Shown one piece after another: positions 14,930-22,811 of a DNA stretch of 24,719 nucleotides. The notes under the pieces were generated by a model. It made no database searches. It had not been told where the DNA came from and saw only the letters and a program-made list of their open reading frames with translations. Position numbers and translations under genes: made by a program. The first letter of the stretch is position 1; each line of letters begins with the position of its first letter. Origin of the DNA: Clostridia bacterium (GTDB lineage Bacteria; Bacillota; Clostridia; DUPQ01); assembly GCA_041678685.1 (NCBI GenBank), contig JBAYNV010000013.1:1-24719 (forward strand). The letters are read 5' to 3'.

Positions 14930-17104
14930 GATCATATCCAGTATCTCATTTTCGGATTCGTTATATATATTTATCCGCAGGGTATTTGCACCGAGCTGTG
15001 TTATTTCTTTAGCGAGGCTTGTCCTGTTTATAACAAAAGCTCCAAGTAAATATGATGTATGACAGTCACAGTATGTGACGATGTCGATCCGTTTTTTCTG
15101 CCTGTCGTTTATATACATGTCTGTTTTTTTACATCCGGGCATCCCGTTGAAGGCTCCCTTTATGCAATACTTTGTCTTCATGACAGCCGCTCTTCCGTAT
15201 ATCACATATTCAAGATCGATATCACTGCCTGCATCATTGAAGTGCTTTATTTCACTGTACGGCAGCTCATATGATAATGTAACGGCTTTTACACCTTCAT
15301 GCCTTGCAAGTTCAAGAAGCGTATACGGATTAAGACAGTTTATCCCGGCATCAAATACTTTTTCAGCCTTTGAATCAAGTATGCCTATCGAAGAGGATAT
15401 GATCCTATCATCCTTATCTGTATATATGCCTCCGATGGGGACATAAAGATAAGTCCTTTTATCTGATTTATACCTCTCGTACATGGTCCTTGGCATATAT
15501 ATCCTGTCGCAATCGATATCCGCGATGTTGAAATCATGTCTGTCTTCAAAGAAGAAGAGGGATATTTTCCTCCTGTCATAAGTATCATGCGAGTTCTTAT
15601 CCGTATTCTTATCCAGTACTATAGACAGATCCTCCGTAGGTGTGAAAGATACCTTTTCCTTCATATCCCTGAGCCTGTCCAAAGCATCCCTTCGAAGCTC
15701 GTTCACAACGCTCATAGGAAGGAATATATCATCGTCCATGTCAGATGCGAATTCCTTGAATTCAAAAACGGTATTTCCGGTTTTCTGTATATTTCTGATC
15801 ATGGCTTCATTAGCTCCGGCGTTTTCGGCCTTCTGTACCACGATCTTTGTTCTTACAGTGACTCTGTTTCCTTTACTGTCATTTATCTGAAGAGTCGCGG
15901 GTTCGTTTATCCTTGCGGTGAGTTTGCCGTTTATCATGACTTTTCTGCTGTTTCCCGCATAAGACCTCTGTATGTTCTCATTTAAAGTCTTGTCGAATGT
16001 CATATAGACCTTTTCACCCGATTTAGGTACTCCGTTACGGCATATCAGGCCATATCTGTTGCCGTTCTTTTTAATGATATTCACGTATGTACCGATATCG
16101 CTTGGCTGGAAGCTTATCCCGTCTCCGTTAATAAGCTCTCTTCTGCTTTCGATCTGTATAAGCGCTTTCTCCGTGTTCACGCCTGTCACAGTCCCTATCT
16201 CCACTCCCGTGTTTCCGCAGGAGCTGTATGCCATCATTTCTTTTCCCATTTTCGAAAAGAGGTAACTGTCTGAGAAACCTTCCCTGTTGAATATCTGTAA
16301 TGCATCACCATGATCCCTGTCTGTAAGCCTGTTATCGACCGCTTTTCTGTATACAGAGGTGATAAGAGCTACATATTCCGGCTTCTTCATACGCCCTTCG
16401 ATCTTTAAAGATACCGCTCCTGCATCAGATATTTCCTGTATGTGATCCATCACGGATATATCCTTCGTACTTAACAGATCACCGTTAAAAATATTCTTGT
16501 CGTCCTGATATAAAGAATATGCAAGCCGGCAGGGCTGTGCACAGGACCCTTTATTACCGCTCTTTCCTCCGTTGAAGAAGCTCAGCAGACACTGTCCCGA
16601 ATAACTTACACATAATGAACCGTGACAGAATACTTCTATCTCAATACCTGTACGGCATAATCTCTGTATCTGTTCTATAGTGGCTTCACGCGCCGCCACT
16701 ATCCTTTCAAATCCCATTTCCTTCAGGACGAGGGCTTCGTTTGGGTGTATGACGCTCATCTGAGTCGATGCATGCATTCTCAATCCCGGGATCTTTTTCC
16801 TTATCTGGGCGGAAAGCCCTATATCCTGCAGGATCACCGCATCGATACCAAGGCAATAAGCCCTGTATGCTTCGCAGACAGCCTGCTCCATGTCCTGAGA
16901 CGATATGAGGGTATTTAAAGTCAGATATACTTTTACATCCCGAAGATGGCAGTATCTGACTGCAGTATCAAGTTCCTCAAATGTGAAGTTTTCCGCATTT
17001 GCTCTTGCACTGAAGGACCTGAGTCCCAGGTAAACGGCATCACAGCCGTTTTGTACTGCTGCTATAAGGCACTGCATATCTCCTGCAGGTGATAATATTT
17101 CCAT
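14912..17104 (-). CDS. U32-family protein, long form (Fe-S 'peptidase U32' core plus about 330-aa C-terminal extension, DUF3656-like)
   Basis: Start chosen at MEILSPAGD (complement of 17102-17104), preceded by AGAAAGAGGG; the ORF-track start at 17173 adds 23 residues with no RBS. U32 signature EVFCHGSLCVSYSGQCLLS followed by GSCAQPC. 730 aa. Confidence 0.88.
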   Translation of the reverse strand: MEILSPAGDMQCLIAAVQNGCDAVYLGLRSFSARANAENFTFEELDTAVRYCHLRDVKVYLTLNTLISSQDMEQAVCEAYRAYCLGIDAVILQDIGLSAQIRKKIPGLRMHASTQMSVIHPNEALVLKEMGFERIVAAREATIEQIQRLCRTGIEIEVFCHGSLCVSYSGQCLLSFFNGGKSGNKGSCAQPCRLAYSLYQDDKNIFNGDLLSTKDISVMDHIQEISDAGAVSLKIEGRMKKPEYVALITSVYRKAVDNRLTDRDHGDALQIFNREGFSDSYLFSKMGKEMMAYSSCGNTGVEIGTVTGVNTEKALIQIESRRELINGDGISFQPSDIGTYVNIIKKNGNRYGLICRNGVPKSGEKVYMTFDKTLNENIQRSYAGNSRKVMINGKLTARINEPATLQINDSKGNRVTVRTKIVVQKAENAGANEAMIRNIQKTGNTVFEFKEFASDMDDDIFLPMSVVNELRRDALDRLRDMKEKVSFTPTEDLSIVLDKNTDKNSHDTYDRRKISLFFFEDRHDFNIADIDCDRIYMPRTMYERYKSDKRTYLYVPIGGIYTDKDDRIISSSIGILDSKAEKVFDAGINCLNPYTLLELARHEGVKAVTLSYELPYSEIKHFNDAGSDIDLEYVIYGRAAVMKTKYCIKGAFNGMPGCKKTDMYINDRQKKRIDIVTYCDCHTSYLLGAFVINRTSLAKEITQLGANTLRINIYNESENEILDMIKKIRE

Positions 17105-17144
17105 GGACCCTCTTTCTACTTTCTGCATTAAAAAGTATGGTTCT

Positions 17145-17173
17145 ATGATAATATATAAAGCAAAGTTTAACAA
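17145..17173 (-). promoter_or_regulatory. Candidate promoter for the U32 gene
   Basis: Read on the minus strand: TTGTTA (complement of 17168-17173), 17-nt spacer, TATCAT (complement of 17145-17150). Confidence 0.35.
17146..17154 (+). promoter_or_regulatory. Candidate extended -10 element for rqcH
   Basis: TGaTAATAT (17146-17154). The -35 region is poor (TTAAAA). GGAGG (17182-17186) precedes ATG 17192. Confidence 0.3.
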
Positions 17174-17191
17174 CGCTTTTTGGAGGAAACA

Positions 17192-18973
17192 ATGCCATTT
17201 GACGGACTGGCGGTAAGATGCCTTGCTGAGGAACTAGATGATCTATATGCTTCAGCAAGGATACAAAACATAAACATGCCCACAAAAAATGAGGTCATTA
17301 TGAACCTGTACATGGATAATACCTCAGTGACTCTGACTGTTTCATGTGATCCCGGATGCCCGGGAATATATATACAGAACGAAAAAAGAGAGAATCCCAG
17401 GACCCCATATAATTTCTGCATGTTCTTAAGAAAACATATCGGGGGAGGGAAGATCATAAAGATCTATGCAAAGTATTATGAACGTATAATATATTTCGAT
17501 ATAACCCATACGGATGAACTTCTGGACACATCCTCTGTGACCCTCATATGCGAACTCACAGGCAGGAACTGCAACATGATACTTGTGAATAAAGACAACA
17601 GGATAATAGAAGCGCTTCGTCATGTTGATGAGGAAATGTCCTCGGTAAGAAGGATAATGCCCGCTGAGCTGTACATGCTGCCTCCTACACAGGACAAGAT
17701 AGCTATCGATGAGATAACATTCCGTGACCTTATGAAATTCTCTGATTCGGACATATCGCATGTTCTTCTTGACACTATAAAGGGCTGTGCCCCGTTGTTT
17801 GCGCGCGAAATATGTGAAAGGGCATCTGTCGAAGAAGATAAAACGGTCAGGGATCTGGATGCTAACGAAACTACAAGGCTGTTTGACAGTATGGAGAAAA
17901 TATCCGATGATATCGCTAGCAGAAGATACAAGCCTATAGCCATATATGAAAAAGGCAGGAAGAACATGAAGGATTTTTACTGCTTTGATCTATTGGTATA
18001 CAGGGATGCAAACAGCATGATAATAAAGGAATATGACACATTCCTCAGTGTTTACACGGATTATGTGATCAGAAAGAATGATCTTGGAAGGCTGACCCAG
18101 AGCATAGACAGCGTAAAAAAAACCGTGAATGCCATTCTTTCAAAGCTTGTCAAAAAAATATGTATATACCGATCGGATATCAATGATCTTGATAAAGTTA
18201 AAAAATATCAGCTTTACGGTGAACTGCTCACAGCAAACATGCACGTCATAAAGGACAGAAGTTCAGGCGTGACTGTTCTTAACTACTATACAAACGAAAC
18301 TATTGATATACCGCTGGATGCTTCGAAAGATATTCAGAGGAATGCCCAGCTGTTCTATAAAAAGTATAAGAAGGGTATGGCGACATATGAATATGCATCA
18401 AAAAAGATCATTGAAGCAAGAGCTGAGGAGAGTTATTTACTGAGTGTGATCCAGCTTCTCAATGCCTGCGAAAGCATCGGGGATACGGAAGACATAAAGA
18501 AGGAACTGGTACAGCAGGGATATATCAGGGAAAAGATCATAAAGAAAGGCGGCAAGCTGATCGGGCAGAACACATCCGTCGGTTTCTCGCCTGTGAAATA
18601 TATCTCATCGGAAGGTTATGAGATATATGCAGGCAGGAACAATACCGAGAATGACAGGCTCACTTTCGGTTCGTCACCGTACGATGTATGGATGCACATA
18701 AAGGATATGCACGGATCGCATGTGATAATAAAAAATCCGGCAATGGCAGAGCAGTTTGTTCCTGATAAAACTCTTACAGAAGGCGCTATGATAGCGGCAT
18801 ACCATTCTGAAGCAAGAAAGACCGGACAGACTGCAGTGGATTACACTTTTGTTAAAAACGTAAAGAAACCAAAAGGCGCGAAACCGGGAATGGTCAATTA
18901 TTTTAAATATTACTCCGCATATGTAAAATGCGATGAAGACCTGGTGGAAAGATCGAGAGCATCAAAACGCTGA
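17192..18973 (+). CDS. rqcH: Ribosome quality-control protein RqcH (NFACT family; 'fibronectin-binding protein A' annotation class)
   Basis: ATG 17192 lies 5 nt after GGAGG; the ORF track begins at TTG 17180. N-terminal NFACT-N (MPFDGLAVRCLAEEL...), a central coiled-coil region and a C-terminal NFACT-R/DUF814 (GRNNTENDRLTF...DVWMHIKDMHGSHVIIK). 593 aa. Confidence 0.88.
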   Translation: MPFDGLAVRCLAEELDDLYASARIQNINMPTKNEVIMNLYMDNTSVTLTVSCDPGCPGIYIQNEKRENPRTPYNFCMFLRKHIGGGKIIKIYAKYYERIIYFDITHTDELLDTSSVTLICELTGRNCNMILVNKDNRIIEALRHVDEEMSSVRRIMPAELYMLPPTQDKIAIDEITFRDLMKFSDSDISHVLLDTIKGCAPLFAREICERASVEEDKTVRDLDANETTRLFDSMEKISDDIASRRYKPIAIYEKGRKNMKDFYCFDLLVYRDANSMIIKEYDTFLSVYTDYVIRKNDLGRLTQSIDSVKKTVNAILSKLVKKICIYRSDINDLDKVKKYQLYGELLTANMHVIKDRSSGVTVLNYYTNETIDIPLDASKDIQRNAQLFYKKYKKGMATYEYASKKIIEARAEESYLLSVIQLLNACESIGDTEDIKKELVQQGYIREKIIKKGGKLIGQNTSVGFSPVKYISSEGYEIYAGRNNTENDRLTFGSSPYDVWMHIKDMHGSHVIIKNPAMAEQFVPDKTLTEGAMIAAYHSEARKTGQTAVDYTFVKNVKKPKGAKPGMVNYFKYYSAYVKCDEDLVERSRASKR

Positions 18974-18978
18974 GAGGT

Positions 18979-19007
18979 TTGCAAAATAAAATATGCTGGT
19001 GTAATAT
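18979..19007 (+). promoter_or_regulatory. Candidate promoter for the aminotransferase-AKR-CPBP unit
   Basis: TTGCAA (18979-18984), 17-nt spacer, TAATAT (19002-19007). RBS AAGGAG (19013-19018), ATG 19029. Confidence 0.55.
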
Positions 19008-19028
19008 AACGTAAGGAGACATATAATC

Positions 19029-20210
19029 ATGTTTAACGAGCAGATAATAAGTAATTTAAGCAGATCCTCATTCATCCGAGCAATGTTCGAGGAAGGCAAC
19101 AGACTGAAGGCGATATACGGAGAAGACAATGTTTTTGATTTCTCCATCGGCAATCCTGAGATGGAGCCTCCGGTGGAAGTAAATGCAAGATTTATCGAAC
19201 TTGCTAACAGCAAAAACACAGGGATGCATAAATATATGGGAAATGCCGGATTCGATTCCACAAGAATGAGCATTTCAAAAAGCATAAAGAATGATTATGG
19301 TTATGATGTGCCATACACGGATATCGTAATGTCCGCAGGCGCTGCAGCCGGGCTGTGCGTTCTGTTAAAATCACTGCTGAATCCAAAAGATGAAGTCATA
19401 GTATTCAAACCGTATTTCGCGGAATACGGATTTTATGTGATGCACGCAAACGGGATAGTAAAAGAAGCTTCAACTGACGCTGATTTCATGCCGGATATAG
19501 AGTCTTTCAAAAAGACAGTTACAGCAAAGACGAAGGCTGTGATCATAAACTCACCAAACAATCCTACAGGAGTCATTTATACTGAAAAAACATTAAAGGC
19601 GCTGAATGATGCGATCGTCGAAAAAGAAAAGGAATGCGGCACGGATATTTATGTTATAAGCGACGAACCATATACAAAGATCGTATATGACGATGTCAAG
19701 GTCCCATGCGTGTTCAAATGCTTCAACAAAGCGATAATAGTGAATTCATTTTCAAAATCGCTTGCATTGCCCGGAGAAAGAATAGGATATATCGCCATAG
19801 ATCCCAAGATAGAAAATTCCGGTCTTCTGGTCAACATATGCATATTCAACACAAGGACGCTGGGTTTCGTAAATGCCCCGGCTCTTATGCAGAAGGTAGT
19901 GGAATCAACTTATGACGCTAAAGTCGATGTCGATGATTACAGGCTTCGCAGGGATACCCTGTATGATCACATGACAAAAATAGGATTCAAAATCAAAAAA
20001 CCGCAGGGCGCATTCTATCTGTTCGTTAAATCCCCTACGGAAGATGAAATGGAATTTGTAGAGACTGCAAAGAAATATAACATACTTCTTGTTCCCGGGA
20101 GGGGATTCGGCGTACCCGGTTATGTAAGGATGTGCTTCTGCATATCTTTAAAAACCATCAGGGCAAGCCTTCCAAAACTGACACAGCTTGCAGAAGAGTA
20201 CTATAAATGA
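19029..20210 (+). CDS. Pyridoxal-phosphate-dependent aminotransferase, class I/II (aspartate/alanine aminotransferase-like)
   Basis: NSPNNPTG motif. PLP-lysine context NSFSKSLALPGERIGY. C-terminal Arg context (PGRGFG...YVRMCF). 393 aa. Confidence 0.9.
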   Translation: MFNEQIISNLSRSSFIRAMFEEGNRLKAIYGEDNVFDFSIGNPEMEPPVEVNARFIELANSKNTGMHKYMGNAGFDSTRMSISKSIKNDYGYDVPYTDIVMSAGAAAGLCVLLKSLLNPKDEVIVFKPYFAEYGFYVMHANGIVKEASTDADFMPDIESFKKTVTAKTKAVIINSPNNPTGVIYTEKTLKALNDAIVEKEKECGTDIYVISDEPYTKIVYDDVKVPCVFKCFNKAIIVNSFSKSLALPGERIGYIAIDPKIENSGLLVNICIFNTRTLGFVNAPALMQKVVESTYDAKVDVDDYRLRRDTLYDHMTKIGFKIKKPQGAFYLFVKSPTEDEMEFVETAKKYNILLVPGRGFGVPGYVRMCFCISLKTIRASLPKLTQLAEEYYK

Positions 20211-21175
20211 TAAAGATAAAGCTTTCCAACGGCCGTGATCATCTCGATATGGATAAACTTGTTTTTGGAACAGGTTCCTTTACGGACTACAGCAGCGAAG
20301 AGCAGTACTTTGCCCTGATGGATAAATACTGTAAGGCCTTCAGAACATTCGATACTGCAAGATCATATAACGAATGGCTGCCAGGTTCTGAGAATATATC
20401 CGAATATATGCTCGGTAAATGGATGAGTACAAGAAAAAACAGAAAAAATACGATAGTCGTTACAAAGGGAGGCTTCCCAAAGAATCTCAAGCTGAAAAAG
20501 GATGTTGTAAAAAGGATCAATAAAGAGGATCTGACATATGATCTTGACCTGAGTCTCAAGACTCTTGATACTGACTATGTAGATGTATTTCTTCTGCACA
20601 GGGATGACGAGGATAAGAAGATAGAGGAGATCATGCCTATACTCAATGATTTTGTAAAACAAGGCAAAGCCCGTTTCACAGGCGTCAGCAACTGGAGCTG
20701 TAAGCGGCTTTCTGAAGCTGTTGAGTTTACAGAAAAAGAAAGCATGGAGCCTTTGGCCATATCGCAGTGCTACTTCTCACTTGCAAGCTCGAACCCTGCC
20801 AGATTTGAGGATGAAACTATAGTATGTATAAATGATGATGAGTATGTGTGGTATGAAAAGAACAAGATGCCTCTGATGGCATTCACTTCACAGGCAAAAG
20901 GCTTTTTTTCAAAGTACTGCATGGCTCCGCTGACACAGAAGGAGATCACAAGATTCCTTTCACAGGAGAATATAGAACGCGCGAAAAGAGCGATGCTTCT
21001 TGCAGACGAGTACAGCGTATCACCGACATGTATCGCTCTTGCTTACCTTACGAACAATAAAGTACAGACGGCGGCCATATTGGGATGCAGGAACATGGAA
21101 CAGCTCGATGACTCGCTCAAAGCTGACGATATACTTCTTTCGGATGCGCAGATAGACTGGCTCAAAGGATTATGA
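20207..21175 (+). CDS. Aldo/keto reductase family oxidoreductase
   Basis: AKR catalytic tetrad contexts: FDTARSY (Asp, Tyr), VVTKGG (Lys), FLLHRDD (His). The start overlaps the aminotransferase stop (ATGA, 20207-20210). Confidence 0.87.
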   Translation: MIKIKLSNGRDHLDMDKLVFGTGSFTDYSSEEQYFALMDKYCKAFRTFDTARSYNEWLPGSENISEYMLGKWMSTRKNRKNTIVVTKGGFPKNLKLKKDVVKRINKEDLTYDLDLSLKTLDTDYVDVFLLHRDDEDKKIEEIMPILNDFVKQGKARFTGVSNWSCKRLSEAVEFTEKESMEPLAISQCYFSLASSNPARFEDETIVCINDDEYVWYEKNKMPLMAFTSQAKGFFSKYCMAPLTQKEITRFLSQENIERAKRAMLLADEYSVSPTCIALAYLTNNKVQTAAILGCRNMEQLDDSLKADDILLSDAQIDWLKGL

Positions 21176-22119
21176 TGGAGATACAGAAAGACAGGAAACT
21201 ACTTCCATATCAGTCTTTTCTTCTTATCATGACAGTATTCATAATATTTGTTATTGTTCAGGTAGCGTCAGTATACTTCTTATCAGATCATATAAATATT
21301 TATCAGATATTCTGTGAAGTTGCCGGGCTTGCGATGCCTGTAATGTTTTTCCTTCTTACCGGAAACAGGGCAAAGGATAATATCCATATAAAGATGGTGA
21401 GTATAAAAAACGTCCTCACTGTTACCGGCATAACGGCGCTTGCCCTCCCCGGATTCATGCTGCTTGCCACATTCAACACATGGATAGCAGAAAACACTGT
21501 GGGCATAACTCCCGGACTGGAAGATGCCGTCGTGATGGGAAGTTTTGACGAATATATCATAGCGGTGATCGTAATGGCGGTCGTGCCTGCGATATGCGAG
21601 GAGATAGCTTTCAGGACTGCTTTCATGTCCGGTCTTGAAAGATTTGGGAAAACTACCTGTTTTTTAACTGTATCGCTGTTTTTCTCACTTGCGCACATGA
21701 TACCCGAAAAGATCGTTTCAACATTCGCCTTGTCGATGCTTCTGTGCTATTTCATATACCGCACAGGTTCTGTTCTTGCTTCTGTCATCGGACACTTTGT
21801 AAACAACTTCATAGCCCTTACGATAACATATATAGCTGATCTGTATGTCCAGACCGGAACAGAAACAGACTTCCTTGAAACATACGGCATTTCCGAATAC
21901 GGATTGTCCTTCATAGTGTGGGGCGCCATATCGCTGCTCATGCTTCCTGTAATAATAATGCTGATCAGAAAACTTAAAAGGGATACCGAAGAGGTAAAAC
22001 TGGTGATCATAAAAGAAAGAAGATTCAAAGGAGAAGATCTTGCCGCATTTCTTCCTGCTCTTCTGGTTTTCGTAGTGATGTTTGCGCTTGTTATTATCGG
22101 CTCATCCTTTATCAGATGA
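21172..22119 (+). CDS. CPBP-family intramembrane glutamic endopeptidase (CAAX protease / Abi, PF02517-like)
   Basis: About 8 predicted TM segments. All three CPBP motifs are present: EEIAFR, FSLAH, HFVNN. The start ATGATG overlaps the AKR stop (21172-21177). Confidence 0.85.
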   Translation: MMEIQKDRKLLPYQSFLLIMTVFIIFVIVQVASVYFLSDHINIYQIFCEVAGLAMPVMFFLLTGNRAKDNIHIKMVSIKNVLTVTGITALALPGFMLLATFNTWIAENTVGITPGLEDAVVMGSFDEYIIAVIVMAVVPAICEEIAFRTAFMSGLERFGKTTCFLTVSLFFSLAHMIPEKIVSTFALSMLLCYFIYRTGSVLASVIGHFVNNFIALTITYIADLYVQTGTETDFLETYGISEYGLSFIVWGAISLLMLPVIIMLIRKLKRDTEEVKLVIIKERRFKGEDLAAFLPALLVFVVMFALVIIGSSFIR

Positions 22120-22758
22120 TAAAATGTCATATAAGTCGTTGAGATCTTTGGTGTAATATCTGCATTCCACTGTATTCAATATGTCATGCGAATCAAAATA
22201 ACAGGAGTCCACACCCGCATTTTTTGCGCAACGGAGATCTATGTCCCTGTCCCCTATAAATAATATATCCTCTTTTTGAAGACCGTATTTCGATATGAGG
22301 AAGTCCACCGTAGCGCTGCTCGGTTTTAAGGGAAGGCCCGAATCCCTGTACATGACTTCAGTGAAGTACTTATGGTAATCTTTGGAATCAAGAAAACGGA
22401 ATACCGATGCCCCCCTGTTTGTTACCATGAAGTTAAACCCTTCGCATGCTCTGAGCAATTTCAACGTTCCGCTAAAAGGCTGCGCTTTTTCCACATTCAT
22501 CGCTTCCTCGGCGGCTGTGAATTCCTTTTTTAATATTTCAGGGTCGATTTCGTGATCGTTTGAAAGCATCGCAAGAGTATGGGTGAGCGATATATGCAGG
22601 TTTTTGAATATCTTATCATATTCCTCTTTTACGCTCCTTGCTTCAAGCACGCTCAGTATTACGTATGTTATTTCGCCATATGTATCGTAAAGTGTTCCGT
22701 CGAAATCCCATATGAAGTGTCTGTATTTCATTTTCCCTTTAAAATCTTTACTTCCCAT
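22102..22758 (-). CDS. HAD-superfamily hydrolase (phosphoglycolate phosphatase / beta-phosphoglucomutase-like subfamily IA)
   Basis: Motif I FIWDFDGTLYDT, motif II VTNRG, motif III/IV K...GDRDID. AAGGAAA RBS upstream of the ATG at complement 22756-22758; an alternative start MKYRH lies at 22731. The 3' end overlaps the CPBP 3' end by 18 nt. Confidence 0.85.
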   Translation of the reverse strand: MGSKDFKGKMKYRHFIWDFDGTLYDTYGEITYVILSVLEARSVKEEYDKIFKNLHISLTHTLAMLSNDHEIDPEILKKEFTAAEEAMNVEKAQPFSGTLKLLRACEGFNFMVTNRGASVFRFLDSKDYHKYFTEVMYRDSGLPLKPSSATVDFLISKYGLQKEDILFIGDRDIDLRCAKNAGVDSCYFDSHDILNTVECRYYTKDLNDLYDILSSDKG

Positions 22759-22811
22759 AACCTGTTTCCTTAAGTATAATAAAGTATAGCATACGAAAGG
22801 ACCACTCCGTC

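Noticed and set aside
17105-17173. ORF-track start of the U32 protein at 17173 (MLNFALYIIIEPYFLMQKVERGS...), and the TTG 17180 start of rqcH.
   Set aside because: Both extensions lack an RBS and cover the shared promoter region. The downstream ATGs (17104 on the - strand and 17192 on the + strand) have SD sequences and match family N-termini (MEILSPAG; MPFDG).
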